In this document: positions 49,690 through 62,520 of the stretch, in pieces | Layout: every line of letters starts with the position of its first letter | How positions within the stretch are numbered: position 1 is the stretch's first letter | Source: Dicyema japonicum | Lineage: Eukaryota; Animalia; Dicyemida | DNA length: 64,000 nt | Assembly (NCBI GenBank): GCA_011109175.1 | Contig: RDEW01000032.1 | Location: forward strand, 238,749-302,748 | Direction: 5' to 3' | Notes under the pieces: model-generated | What the model was told of the DNA's origin: nothing | The model's input: the letters and a program-made list of their open reading frames with translations, nothing else | Databases searched by the model: none | Position numbers and translations under genes: made by a program

Positions 49690-49980
49690 CCCACGTGGCG
49701 CAAATATTTGTGTGATGATATGTGGCTATAGGAATTGAAGATTATTTGTTTGATTGTCGGTTCTTCCTATTCCTCTTGGCTCCAGGAACCTTACATGTGC
49801 ATCATGTGGTTCACCATCTCTGGTGGCGTTAGATATAATCTTTATATCCACAGAGGACCATTAGTCAACAACCATCCAGAGGCACTTCCTTCTAGTCCTT
49901 GCATGAGAAGACTGCTGAGGGAGTTCAGAATCACCTGAATTTTTTCATTCTGGCTATGACGGTGTTTCAATAAATTTAAT
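49690..49980 (+). repeat. Pseudoknot-core SINE-like repeat, subfamily C, diverged copy
   Basis: Core 49799-49861 GCATCATGTGGTTCACCATCTCTGGTGGCGTTAGATATAATCTTTATATCCACAGAGGACCAT; the 3' end matches 47240-47305. Confidence 0.75.
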
Positions 49981-50039
49981 TTTATTTTGTTTGAGTTACT
50001 GACCGACACATTATCCTCATCAAAAAATTTATTTTTAAT

Positions 50040-50400
50040 AATTTATTTTAAATTTATTTGGATTGATAAACAACTAAAAATGATAAACCCAGTTTCCAAT
50101 AATCCATAAATTCTTCTTACAAAATATGCGAGTGTTCCAACTGTCAAGCGGTAAAGCCTCCATGATTGCCTACAATGGAGCTTGATCAGAATGTCTTTTT
50201 TTAGAACCGATAACAATTGATTTCCGGTTTTTCATAAATGCAGAAAACTGCAGAAATAGTTCTTCTGGATTTCTCGCTGTATTAATTGGAACCGAAAAAA
50301 TGCATACTTCTAAGTCTGACTGAGATTAATTACCAATCTTGGAGGGGGATACTTTTAATTTCCGTATTCGATAGTTGAAGTTTATTAGTTCTTTGTTGAT
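50040..50400 (-). CDS. Possible exons of an unknown gene
   Basis: A 24-nt GTAAT...CTTAG intron (50333-50310) removes an in-frame TAA and joins KVSPSKI to an open frame of about 90 codons (EVCIFSVPINTARNPEELF...). No recognisable family. Confidence 0.35.
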
Positions 50401-51939
50401 TAAAATATCATTACTAAATGTTATAAATTAGTTAGTTTCTGTGTGGTTTGTGTATCAGTTTGCTCGTATCTATTTTTACGTATAACAAAATTTTTAAGGT
50501 GGACCCAAAAAGGTAAGCCTTCTTGACATCAAAGCAAGGTCGGAACCTCAAAGAAACTTGAATGAGTCTACGTGATACATGAGGCATAAATTTTATTTTT
50601 TATATTAAGGGGATCAATTCGGCGACACGGACGACACGAAGCAAATTTTTAGGCATAAGGCGTATATTTATACAATTTATTCATTTTTTTATTAAACACG
50701 ATTATTTTACAAAGAAACAAATGTTTGTTGAAGAAGCATTTATTCAATTTGGCTTATATATTTTCTAGCCTAAATTGGCACATCAAGTTGTTTCTATAAC
50801 ATTCTCTTCTAAAAATTCTAAAAAACCATAATTACCTTAAGACTAATTTTTGGAATTGTCATTTCAATTTTAGTGATATTAATGGCCACTATTGGCAAGA
50901 TTTGATGGAGTGTCAATATTCAGCTTGTCACATAGAAGATCTATGGAAGTGACGTGCGTAAACTTCACATAATACACTATCTGTTCTCTCTGACCACCCA
51001 AATGCTGACTTTGATGAACGAGAGAAGCTAGAGAAATAATCAGCACTCGGATATCGTTACCGATTTATCTCGATATCTTTAGAAAAACAGGAGGCGGTTA
51101 GAAAATGAGTAAAAAAGTCATAATTGAAATCAGAATGCGGTTGTGAAGTGACACAAATATTCACGTAAACGGAGATACTTTACACAGCACCTAGGAATTA
51201 TCATTGTTCGTTGAAATTTTGTTATATATAGAAAATTTTGTTATTTATCAGATTCATATCATTAATAGTTAAAAGTCTTGTGCATAAAATGGTTATAAAT
51301 TTCGCTGGGGAACCATCGCAATCGACTAGAACATGTGTCAATCGGTTGTTCTCATAAAGAAGTTGGAGTGGATGTTGGTTGAGAATAGATACGGAATATG
51401 AAATAGCGAGAAGGATTTAGTCACAGCAATCAATCACCTGGTAGAGTTACCAGCTCAGTTCGATGGCGTACTATGCGTCCGGGATGAGGAGGAAATGGAT
51501 GAGTTTCCGGTCAACGACTCCTAGTCGAGAGAGAAAGTCTATCCTAGATGAGAGAACTCGATGAATAAGCGAGAAATCGATTCGTTTCCTCAAGAAGCTG
51601 CACAATGCACGTGAGACTAAGTAGCTTCTCAAGTTGATCTCATTCGCAATCGTGAGAGCCATAGCAACGTCGATTATGTCGGAGGTGATCATTTTTGATT
51701 AATTTTTGTGTTTTCAGTAGAAATAAAATTATTAAAAAAAGTCTTATGTGCATTTAATGTTGAACTTCTTCAAAATAACATAAATTGTCTCAAAGCTAAT
51801 TCAACAATTAGTTGATTTTTTTTCTCAAAAAGTGTAATATTAATTCATAAAGAGTGGATCAATGTATTCCTCTTCGACTTCATGTATTGTCGGCATCATC
51901 GTGAATGTGCTTAGCGCAATTTGAGTCAAATATTTGTTT

Positions 51940-52441
51940 CTACATAAAATTATTAATAAACTTTATTTTATTTTTTTCGAATTCTTCTCTCAAATTTTTT
52001 TCAGTTAATTCAAAGTCAACCAACTCATCGAATAAATTTTCTTCATTTTTGGTAGAAAAATTGTGATTATCTTCCAAAAGATAATTTATTTCTTCACTGA
52101 AGAGGTCTCCTTCGTAACTTAAAATTGATAAATTTTTGTATTTCCAATTTTGAGTCCACTTTTTGAACGTTTCTCTGTAAAAATCATTGTATTCTAAGTC
52201 ATCCTCGCATAATCCAGTCCGGATAAATCTTTGTGAAACAATTCCGTACCATCAAATGTTATATTTTTCTCTGAGCTCTCAATTCGAGCACTTTCTTCCT
52301 CAGATACAGATTCTTCAATTGATGTCTCCGAAACTTAGATTTTACATCCACCAAACCTTCATCTTCATAAACCGACTCATCAACCAATGTCGTAGCACTG
52401 CATACAAGTTCATTTGAATCCTCAAATTTATCGGAAGACAT
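51940..52441 (-). CDS. Acidic low-complexity protein, with two apparent 1-nt deletions
   Basis: MSSDKFEDSNELV...DVKSK(F)SETSIEESVSEEESARIES...DDLEYNDFYRETFKKW...EENLFDELVDFELTEKNLREEFEK; three successive frames share the same acidic composition. Confidence 0.5.
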
Positions 52442-52871
52442 GACTCTTGTTATGGGTTCATCTTAAAATTATGCATAAAAGTATTAAACTTGACACTTTT
52501 TTCTACTTTTAATAATAAACGATCTAAGCGTCACCAATGAGGGAATTCTGTCCACTATGTAATCAAAGCCCCGGCTATTTAATCTTAGGAGAAATTCAGT
52601 ATTATAATGTGTCAGGACATAACTGTAAAAGTTACCCATCGTAGTTTAACAGACGCGATTCGTTATAAATATTTTAATTCGTTTCCGATATTATAAACCA
52701 CAAATTTAGATAAAGTTATTATTAGGGCAACCGAAAAGTTGCCTAAAAAATCAATTACAGAAACAGTCATTCAACGTTACACAAGTCCACCTGGAACTAG
52801 CATAAGGTCAGAGAAGTTCATTCATTGCAGTTGTGGAAACTCTAAGTGGATGAGAACAAATTATCCCGATA

Positions 52872-52975
52872 TAGTTGGATCACATGACGCCAATCCTCTA
52901 TGAAAAAGAAGAGGAGAAGACAAAAAACAGAAATCTTCAACCAATTAGCCACATAGTTCCATGTCGTCACGCGGG
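52872..52975 (-). repeat. 5' half of a subfamily A pseudoknot repeat
   Basis: Reverse complement CCGCGTGACGACATGG...AATTGGTTGAAG...GGCGTCATGTGATCCA, truncated after P2. Confidence 0.8.
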
Positions 52976-53059
52976 GGAAAAATACCCAACATGAAGGGTC
53001 TATATTTTAAATTTTAATTGAAATTAAATAAAATAAATTAATTAAATTATTCCAAAGAC

Positions 53060-53400
53060 TAAGGGTAAATTAAAATAACTTATCCTGTGATCCTACTCGT
53101 CCCAGTAGAGACTCATCTAGGGAGGTCAAACAGGTCAAAACCAGAACTCGTCGCCAGGGTGCGAAATAGTCTGCCTGTGGAATGAAAAGATGGATCCTTT
53201 TGCCTGCCGGCGAGGCATTGGGACGTCTACTTAGATTATTAATAATAATAACACCAGAGACCACGGTTACAAAAACTAATTACGTGATCCCAGCACGCTC
53301 TAGTAGGACCTCATCTTGACCCGATGCTAATCCCTCGACCCCACACAAGCACGTATCGGTCGAGTGACTGGGTCTTCGCAGTCACTACGGCGCGTTCCAT
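53060..53400 (-). repeat. Composite repeat: hairpin-rich head, LINE-type tail and 3' half of a pseudoknot core
   Basis: Stems AGTGACTG/CAGTCACT and CTCGACC/GGTCGAG (53334-53386); CACGTGATCCCAGCACGCTCTAG shared with about 62128; the half core GACGTCCCAATGCCTCGCCGGCAGGCAAAAGGATCC at 53227-53192. Confidence 0.65.
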
Positions 53401-55619
53401 AGTTCATTCATTTATTTATTTATCAGAGGCAAGGAGAGACGTAGCCGATATTTCAGGGCTGATCGAAAGACTGTTTTCATTTAACCAGTAGATTAAGCAG
53501 TTTACAAGTAATTGTAATCTCTCCGAGGTGACCTAAACGTCTTGGTCCCTGGATGCAATAATAATATCTCTTGCATAAGCCATTAAAAGCTCATCCTATA
53601 CTTTTTTGTCTTAAACAATTCTGTTAGCTATTGAGAACTAGATTCTTAAAATTTAACCAACACTTTCCAAAGCTTTTTTGGGTACGCACTTGCACACATC
53701 TTGCACCATTAGAATTGGCATACTTGTCTTGACCACAGCACTTCCAGACACAGATAATCAGAGTTTGTCCTGTCTATAGTAGTTGGCTAGCACTGAGATA
53801 GGATAACACTGTCTACCTTGATTTGGACCCTGGTGTTCTCTACTGCATACTGCACCATATGAATCCGCAACTTTCTGGTGTAGCAAATGCTATACATATT
53901 GCATAGAAGATGAAGACTCGTTATTACATCGATATCATCTGTGAAGGAGACAAATCGACAACACTCTTTCCGGGAACTGGGAGTAAACGCTGTCCACAGA
54001 ATAAGCCCAATTCCACAGTTTTTTCCCAGTGCATATAGGTAGAAAAGAAAATCAGAAAACATCATTGAAAGCATCAAGTTAACGAAAAGATCTCCCTGCA
54101 GCTTGGTCCAAGGTTTTTTAAAGTGTCAGTATATCGAAATCATTACTTTTATTGGTAAAATTAATTTTTATATTGCACGACTTTTTCACATCAAGATACG
54201 AATCAAACCCATCCAGCATCTCGAGATCATTGGTGACCCTAATGATCCTCAGCTTCATATATGAATGGACTGATCCTAAGCTGATAGAGCCAATTTTTGG
54301 AAAATATACTTTAAAATGCATCCCAAATCATGTTTCGACAATAGCAAGTGGGAATATCGTCATCCCTTCGGTGCGTTTTCCAACACTAAGGATGAAACTA
54401 GTTGTGGCCAGCAGCGGAAAGTGCATTAGTAAGTCGAATTGAGACTACATATCAGGGGACATCCATAAATCAGCTTAAAAGATGTTAACCATCGATCCAA
54501 CGTCCACAAAGACATTTTCATTTAGCACAACTTTATGGTCAAGACAAAGCGAGGCTTTTCATCGTCAGAAAGTTGCCAAATTTAGCACATAGAAAAAATT
54601 CAACCAAGCATTTTCTTCTAGCCCTGTTGAATCAGGCCTTTTTCATCCAAATTGCTCTCAAGGAACTCTTTCTTTTTTAAAAACATATCTTAATCCGATT
54701 TCAGATTATTTAAGTCATTCGGATCATTAAGGATTATGTCCATAACTCCACAGATCCTGATGGTAACAGAGAATAATAGTAAGGAGAATATCCAACAATA
54801 GCATCCTAATTTGGCTCCGCATAAAACTTAGGAGACCAATCGCATCTTTGGCATCAAATGTATATTTAAATCACTTCAACGGTTGACCTAATTTTTCCTT
54901 CAAGGAGAAAAGAAGATCGGAGGTTGTGAACAGCTTTTTGCCCTTTCCAGTTGATTGTGAGAAGCTCAGTTTTTGTTCTTTCATTTTCAGAAGTCACTCT
55001 CCAAACACTCCAGGAGCACGAATAATAGCAGTTCTGATATCATTGATACCTCGAAAACAAAATCCAGGTCATCCACATATTTTAATTTTTATAAGTAGGA
55101 CAATTTTTAGTTTCCTGATCACAGAGAACAGATTCTAGATAAACGACAAGAGAATTAGTTATAGTGAGTCATTTTCTAAATGTCAATGTGCGTATTATTT
55201 CGAGAGCCCACCTAGACCACCACTTCAGTGTTTGAAAATAGAACCCGTTTTATCCTCTAACTGTCCTTGTCTAGCAAAGTTTTAGCTCTTTTTCATAATT
55301 CACTTAAAAATTGATTTTTGCGCAATTTGACCTATAATTAAACATTATTCAAAAGGTATTAAATTTTTTTGACAAACATCCTTGTAGAGGATCCTGATAC
55401 CTGGCGGATAAATTCCTCCACCTTTCCAAAGTAAGTCATTCACAAAATTGATGTTATTAAATAATATTTATTTTATTAAATTATTTTTTTATTTTATTTA
55501 TTTAATCCAATTGTTTAAATAAAATTATTATTAATTATGACGGCAGTAATTTATGTAATAATTTAATTTTTTGGTTAGTCTTATATTCATTATATTGGTA
55601 TTAATCTTATAGATGTTCA

Positions 55620-56418
55620 ATTTTATCATCCTAAACTTATCATTTTGCATTTTGACAACACAGATGAGATGTCAAGACATAGTAAGCTATATTCGTGGCG
55701 AAATGTATTAAATATTAATTATTAAGACATTGGAAAAATTGTGAAGTTTCGACAACTGACCTACCTGATTATCAAATACATTCGTTTTCAATTCAAAATA
55801 TTACATTGGAACGTGATGCCAATTTTTCAGTAATGGGGATGAATATAAAATATTTGTATTAAATATAAATTATTCCTAGTTACTGTGTTTTAGATAAAAG
55901 TTTAACATTTGTAGATGATCTAGCTTTTTCATATAACATTCTCGGATTGTTATATATATTATTAAATTTATAGAAATTTCTATTTTTGTGAATCCCTCAG
56001 ATTCATAGCTATTGACTTCGCAAAAAATTTATCATCTCTTACATATGTGTACCTTTTTTGTCATTTATGTGGTGACTTTCCTAGAAACATACATGTTATT
56101 CAAAATTTTTTAGTTGTTTCTAATGAAGTTGAATTAAATGAGTATTTTTGATAATAATAATAATAATATAGAGTTATCCTTTGCATTGATTCATTCGATA
56201 TTCCAAAGGCGTATGAAATTATATTTAGTATAGATTTGAAGAAGAAGAGGATAAATTTATGTCTATCCAAAAGGGTAAATTGTATATGTTCAAAAGTAAT
56301 ATATTTAGACTATACAGCAAGTCCACATCTAGAATGTGTATTTAATGATATTATTTCAGTCTGTAGTGCACTTAGAGACCGCTACAATGTACTTGGTCTT
56401 TGCAAACTTTGTTGCTAA
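55620..56418 (+). CDS. Unknown multi-exon gene with micro-introns (possibly LRR-like)
   Basis: GT-AG introns 55856-55879, 55949-55973 and 56142-56171 each remove an in-frame stop and keep one open frame (...FYCVLDKSLTFVDDLAFSYNILGLNFYFCESLRFIAIDFAKNLSSLTYVYLFCHLCG...). The 5' end is unresolved. Confidence 0.6.
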
Positions 56419-57124
56419 CATTTAAATTAACTTGATCGTTTTTTCAGGGATTTAAATTGGTCTTAATTAATTTAAATTTATAATGCTTTAAAAATTATAT
56501 ATTAGTTTGTCAACTGACTTGTTCTGCTGTACCCATGTATTAGAAATAATAATTTCATTTCAAAAAAAACGATAAGGGGATGAATCGAATATGATAGATT
56601 GTTAAAGAACAGACAGTTTTTTCAGATTTATGCTGAATTACATAAGCATTATCCCAACTCATCATATAACTTCACCTTAAGCTTTGCGCACACACGCGGA
56701 CGAGGAATATGTTCAAAAAGTTTAGATCGCATGATGTGACTATTTACTCTATAAGGAACATCTTTATTTCACCGCGAATACTACAATATAACAAAATTGG
56801 ACCCATATTATAAGATACATGATTAGATCAGCTACAATTAATCTCAGCATTAGATAATCTTCTGGCTGAACAGAGGGGGCTTGTAATTCTAAATAATTAA
56901 CGAAATAACACTAAAAGGCACGTTTTAGTTTAAATCGAAAAATTATGGTTAGTAGTTTGGTCACTGGGGAATGTTCCGATAGATTTTGTGAGATATTGAT
57001 CTTTGAGCACATGATTGATTTAACCTTTCTTTAATGTTGGTCTTGGGGGTTCATAAAATACTGTATGTGTGAAAAAAATGACACGTGACTCACCTACGTA
57101 GAGTCGTTTTTTACTTGAATTGTT

Positions 57125-57680
57125 AGAATAGAGTTTCTACCTCCTATCCAGCATCATGGAGACGGAGAATGTGTTTTATCCTGCTTCTTAAATGGGGAGA
57201 CGTCGAGGAAAATCCTGGACCAGATCACATCATAATGCAAGTTAACTTTAATAATTCAGGACGAATATTGCCGCACTATAACGTTTTTACTCAGACATTC
57301 TGTAGATATCGCTATTTTTCAAGAGCCAAACTCCTCATGCCTCCGGAGCTACCGTCCCGAACTCAAGCGATTCATTTGGATAGAAAATGCGACAATCGGT
57401 ATGCTAAAAAACAAGTGGAGAATATCATAATATGTGGAGTCATCTTCAATGATCTCAACGTCAAACATCTTCAATGGAAGACCACTCAATCAGCCGACAA
57501 AAGAGGTACTCTAATTGTTGACTTTTTAGAAAGCCGATGATTCTAAATTTCCCGAAATCATAATCAACTTAACCTGCTCGTCCGTTTCTTTCTCAAATAT
57601 TTTCCACTATTTTCCTGGAACGTCTCCCAAGACTTCCATAGTGATCATAATCTATTTATACTAGTGATCATAATCTAGTA
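57125..57680 (+). mobile_element. LINE 5' fragment: 2A-like peptide followed by APE endonuclease
   Basis: RRRMCFILLLKWGDVEENPGP (57181-57222 for LLLKWGDVEENPGP), then IIMQVNFN, IICG...DLNVKHLQW...DKRGTLIVDFLE and, downstream, a DFHSDHN-like motif. Confidence 0.85.
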
Positions 57681-58534
57681 GCTAAATTCCAAGCTATTCG
57701 CTCACCGTAGCGTAATTGAATTTTTATTTTTAATTCTATCGACATGAGAGTGAATCATCTAAATACTTTTTCCCCAGACCAGAAAAGCTATTATCTTTCG
57801 AGCAGTGTATAAATGTATAATACTATGGGGGACGTGAGATCAAAATCGCGTCTACTCTGAATTGTTATCCGTCAAGGATCGCTTTAAAGTTTATTCTTAA
57901 TCGAAGTATCCTGCTCAAAAGGGCCTGAATCAACGCTTCTAACATATGTTGACAATTTAACTATTGCAAGCCGAAACAGCTACGTGGATCTGCAAAATCA
58001 AAGCATCATTCACACCTAATCGCTATGGAGTATGCTGACTTCGATTCGTATTGTGATTATGACGAATACTATCAATAATTGCTCATATGAATGTTAGTTA
58101 GACTATATTTTTATATTTTTACTATTTTTGACTAAGTTATCAGAAGACGTAAGTTGGTCTATAATATTTAATTGGTTTTTTTAGTGTTGTTATTTCCTTT
58201 GACGAGTTAAGTAAGTACGAAAAATTCTTCTTTCTATTGAGTCTTCCAACTCTGGAAACTCCTACATATCCATTGCCGTTTCTGGGGAAGTTAAAGAATC
58301 ATTAAACACGATATTTTACTCATTGACACCTCACAGATTGCACTGATTTCCATCGCATTTAAAACTGGATGAATTTCATTCAATAAGTACTTTAAAGTCA
58401 TACCAACCTAATAAATAATTGGTTAAGATCATCAGCACCTTTACCAATAAAATTGAAATTTAACCAGATTTTCTTAGAATTAGTACTTGTGGCTACTTGA
58501 TCCAGCTTCTCTTGTAATTAGTACCTGTGGCTTC

Positions 58535-58605
58535 TTCCAGTGACGTCATTAGATCCACCTTACTCAAGGGTCGCCCAATACCTGACCGGCATTCAAAAAG
58601 ATCCT
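58535..58605 (+). repeat. Pseudoknot core, subfamily B, partial copy
   Basis: GACGTCATTAGATCCACCTTACTCAAGGGTCGCCCAATACCTGACCGGCATTCAAAAAGATCC at 58542-58604. Confidence 0.8.
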
Positions 58606-61600
58606 TTTTATTTTAAAAACCATCTATCGACTCTCAGGAGATATGACAAATGCAACCCATTTGAGAACCTTGTGAGGAAGTCGAGTGGCAAAATTCATTA
58701 AACGAATCTAAAGGGAATGCATCTGTTCCAGAGGAAAACATCGGGAAAAAGTTGAGATCGATACTGAGAGAGGCTAGGGACACCTCATGGCCTACCTGCA
58801 GAATTTGTTAATTTTGCTCAGCCAAAATGTTGGATTGTAAAAACTGCCTCAAAATCCGAAGGTGATCACCCTTGGAGTCTGTCTATTTTCAGACAATATT
58901 CTTCAAAGATGGGAGAAATACTCATGAGGTAAAGTAGATCACAGGTGAAATTAGCCATTGCTCCTGTTGTTGTAGTCAAGGCAGAGAGCCTTCTAATCAC
59001 AAATTAAAGCTTATTACATTTACATTATAAATTAAGAGTCAGTTCTCTATCTGTCCTAGATAATGTAAGTCGTAAGTATCATCTATCTAAGACTGGAAGC
59101 CCAAAGGGTTGGTAGATAAATAAAGGAATATCTAAAGAGAAGAAACTTTTATATTATAAAAGAAGATATCTTCAAACGCGAGTCCCACGAGGGTCATTCT
59201 TACCCTTTTGATATTATTATGATGATAGCTAGTTTTTCTCCGAAGTCACCAAGTACACGATCTGTGGTGTGTTCAGATGACATACTACTATCTGACATAT
59301 CGAGATGACCTTGAGTATCCAATGAGGATCAAATATCCCAATAGGCATACCGAGGACTCCTTCTAGCACAATTAAAGACTATATAAAATTGGTGGAGGTT
59401 TTTTAGTTTTCTATTTTGCTATGTCAATCATTCTACAACAACTCACCTTAAACGAAAGAGAAATTTTATATTCGGTTTTGAAAACGAGAGCACGAGTACT
59501 TGACCTTTGATCTCCGCTTGAAACCATTAACACAACCCTCTACTTCTCAACAAATTTAACTAAGAAAATTCCCTTACTCCTTGTCTACATCCTCGCTTAG
59601 TCTTTCGAACATAGCAAATTGCCATAGCGATTAAATGGTGTTTGTGTTTTCGGTGTTACACACAAACTGCTATATAATCGACTGAGGCAAAAATTACAGC
59701 TAGAGTTGTTGAGAACTTGAATTGGGTTAATCTAGCCAAAGTCCGAACCAAACAAGAATACATCAAACTCCTACAATATCCACAGACAACCCAGGCACTA
59801 TAAGTAATCTTTCACACTGAAAGAAGACACAGTAGATAGGTGGCCTTCCTGTTGTGGTTCCTCAACTTTCTCTCCAAATAGATAACCTCCAGGGACAGTC
59901 ATAACTTTATAAATAACCAATCAAACCAGCAAATAACAGGAAACTTTCTCGAGGATGTAAACCCAGTAAGCAACTCTATAGTGGGAATGTCCCCGAAAGT
60001 TAGGTTATTGAGGACTCACTTGTTTGAATACCAAAGCTACACATTTCATCGAAGAACTATAGGCCAACATCAGTTACTTGTTGGTCTCCATCATCTATCC
60101 CCCAAAAACACAAAATCCTTGTGACCTTAATATTAGGATGATGACTATCTTTAAGTGTCCTAAAGGGATGACAGTCTGGGAGAGTCAACAATTTAACGGT
60201 GATAGTGCATGATCATATGACCACATAATGGTATAACTGGATAAAGCTGTGAATCCCCCATTTGACTACAACTACTACAAATGCTATAACACGTGGTTTA
60301 TTACTCTTAGTGATATTTTCTAAGGCATCTCTGATTTGATCTCAGTTCCTTATGAACCCTCACTCTGGTGACGGCACTAACATAGTGACGGTAGAGAAAT
60401 ACCGTGGGATTGAGTAGTCAGCATCCAATAAAGAGCTTTGGTAAGTTCATCTGGTCCCTCGTGGTAACAGGTCACGAAGTTTCTATAACTCTCTCTGTTT
60501 AGAATCTCCAGGGATCTTGATGTCATCATTCTACAACCAGATTGCTACTGGAGGTAGAATTTAATATTTAAAATAAGAGAATCCATAAGAGGTGCATACT
60601 CATTTTTCGCAGTTTACGATTTATGTCATAGCTTCAGTATCAATGTAGTATCAGTTTCCTCAATTCTCTTAATAGAAAATCTTTAGTATTACGCGTAGTA
60701 TTACAAATATTACACAACAGATTATGCCAACGATTATTAACGTCCTATATAAAGCTGTCTCTACATTCGGACTTTACGATAAATTAAAATCATTCAAAGC
60801 GACATAAATACTATTTAATCCACAAGCAGTCATGATTAGAAGGTATGAGATCGGGATGAAGCAATGTCTGACAAAATCCTTATCTCATCATCGGTAACGG
60901 AGTTCTAATGAGAAACAAATACATGAAACATATATAAACACTGAAACAATAAAATGAAGAATATTACTGTAGTTTCAAATTCAATCATTGATATTTGTTA
61001 CCAAAGCATTCTTTCAAAATATTTTATCCTCGAATAAACGAAGATTTTACAAGCAACTCATCATCTTTTAATTAATCTGCATTTTGGTTAATATTGTTAT
61101 ATTTGGGTTAACGTCAAAGTTTTAAATTACTCTATTTAAATACCACGGTTATCTCGCCAGGTGTTAAAGTCAAAATAATATGTTATTGACTTCATTGGCG
61201 TAAAAAACTGTCTCGAATTATTATGATTTTAAACTATCTCATTTATTAGGAAAATTACGTAACCAATGGTTTGAATTCATATTCGCAGATTCGAAATTTT
61301 TCTTCATCTAATGCATACGAAAAGCAAATAAGTTCCAATTGCTTTGTTTCATCGATTCGTCTTCTTAGTGTAACATTTTCATCGATGACTTCAAATGATC
61401 ATTTTTCGTCCCATTTTGGCACTTGGTATCACCTGAGACAAGTAGATCACATAAAACTCATGTCTAATTATTTATGTCTCCACATTCTTGTCTTACTCCA
61501 TAATGATATAATCCAAAAACTAATATACTTTCTTTGGAATTAATACATGTGAATTCTGACATCATATTTTTCAATTTACTCGGAAGATACCATAACATCT

Positions 61601-62199
61601 GGTCTATGAGGTTAAATGCACATTCAATACTTGAGAACCCTGAAATACTGATCTGTATAAAATATTTGATTGATCTTTTATATAACCAATAGGCGATAAA
61701 TTAGTTTAAACGGATGGTGATAACTTAAAATTTTTGATTGTAAACCTGTTTTTTAATTTTCCTTCAAAGACTGATAAAAATTCAAAAATTTAAATTTTTT
61801 CGGGAATTTTACTTTCTGTCGATATTTAGAAATAATTTACCTGAATCCAAAATAAAAGCTCATTGGTTTGCCCCGTCATGGATGACTCAACTGACTAGTA
61901 CATCCCAAATATTATTACTTTTTTATGTGACTTTCAAAATGTAAACTTGTCTCAATTAATTTTTTGCAACTACTTAGGTTACATAAAGTAAGTTATATTA
62001 TTTATTACGCTCTACTACCTCCAAGTAGGGAAACCAGTTGGTAACAAAAAATTAACAACTAAAAGTGTACGGCCCAAGAAATCAGTTAGATTTGTCTAGT
62101 GTGGTGTAGAACTCTGAACTAACTAATCACGTGATCCCAGCACGCTCTAGCAGGAACCTCATTTTGCTTTGAGTTACGACGGCGCGTTACTTGCATCAT

Positions 62200-62520
62200 T
62201 CGTACCAAGGCTTCAAGAGGTATTGGTGGCTGGAACTCTGCAGAAAAATAGCATTCAGTGATTTTGGAGGCTCTTTCTCGGCTAGCCTAGATCTTTAAGA
62301 AATTTGTTCAAGAGATGAGAGGGCCCCATGTGCCTCTTTCTCACCAACTTTGTAATGACAGCAACTAACTTATGCTATGCTTAGGAAAGAGATGATACCC
62401 TAAAGATGAAAAAATACGTATATTTCACGGCCAGGTCATTTTTCGAACCAGTCGCCATGGAAACGTCAGCAATCATAGGAAGCAGATCACTGATCTTGCT
62501 AAACAGAATAGAATCGTTTA
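62200..62520 (+). mobile_element. CRE-like RLE fragment
   Basis: FEPVAMET; nucleotide similarity to 21850-21930. Confidence 0.5.

Noticed and set aside
34525-52441. Euplotes-style programmed frameshifting or a ciliate genetic code
   Set aside because: Frame breaks are not at AAA-TAR sites, and both TAA (NDK) and TGA (annexin) terminate conserved proteins at the expected positions.
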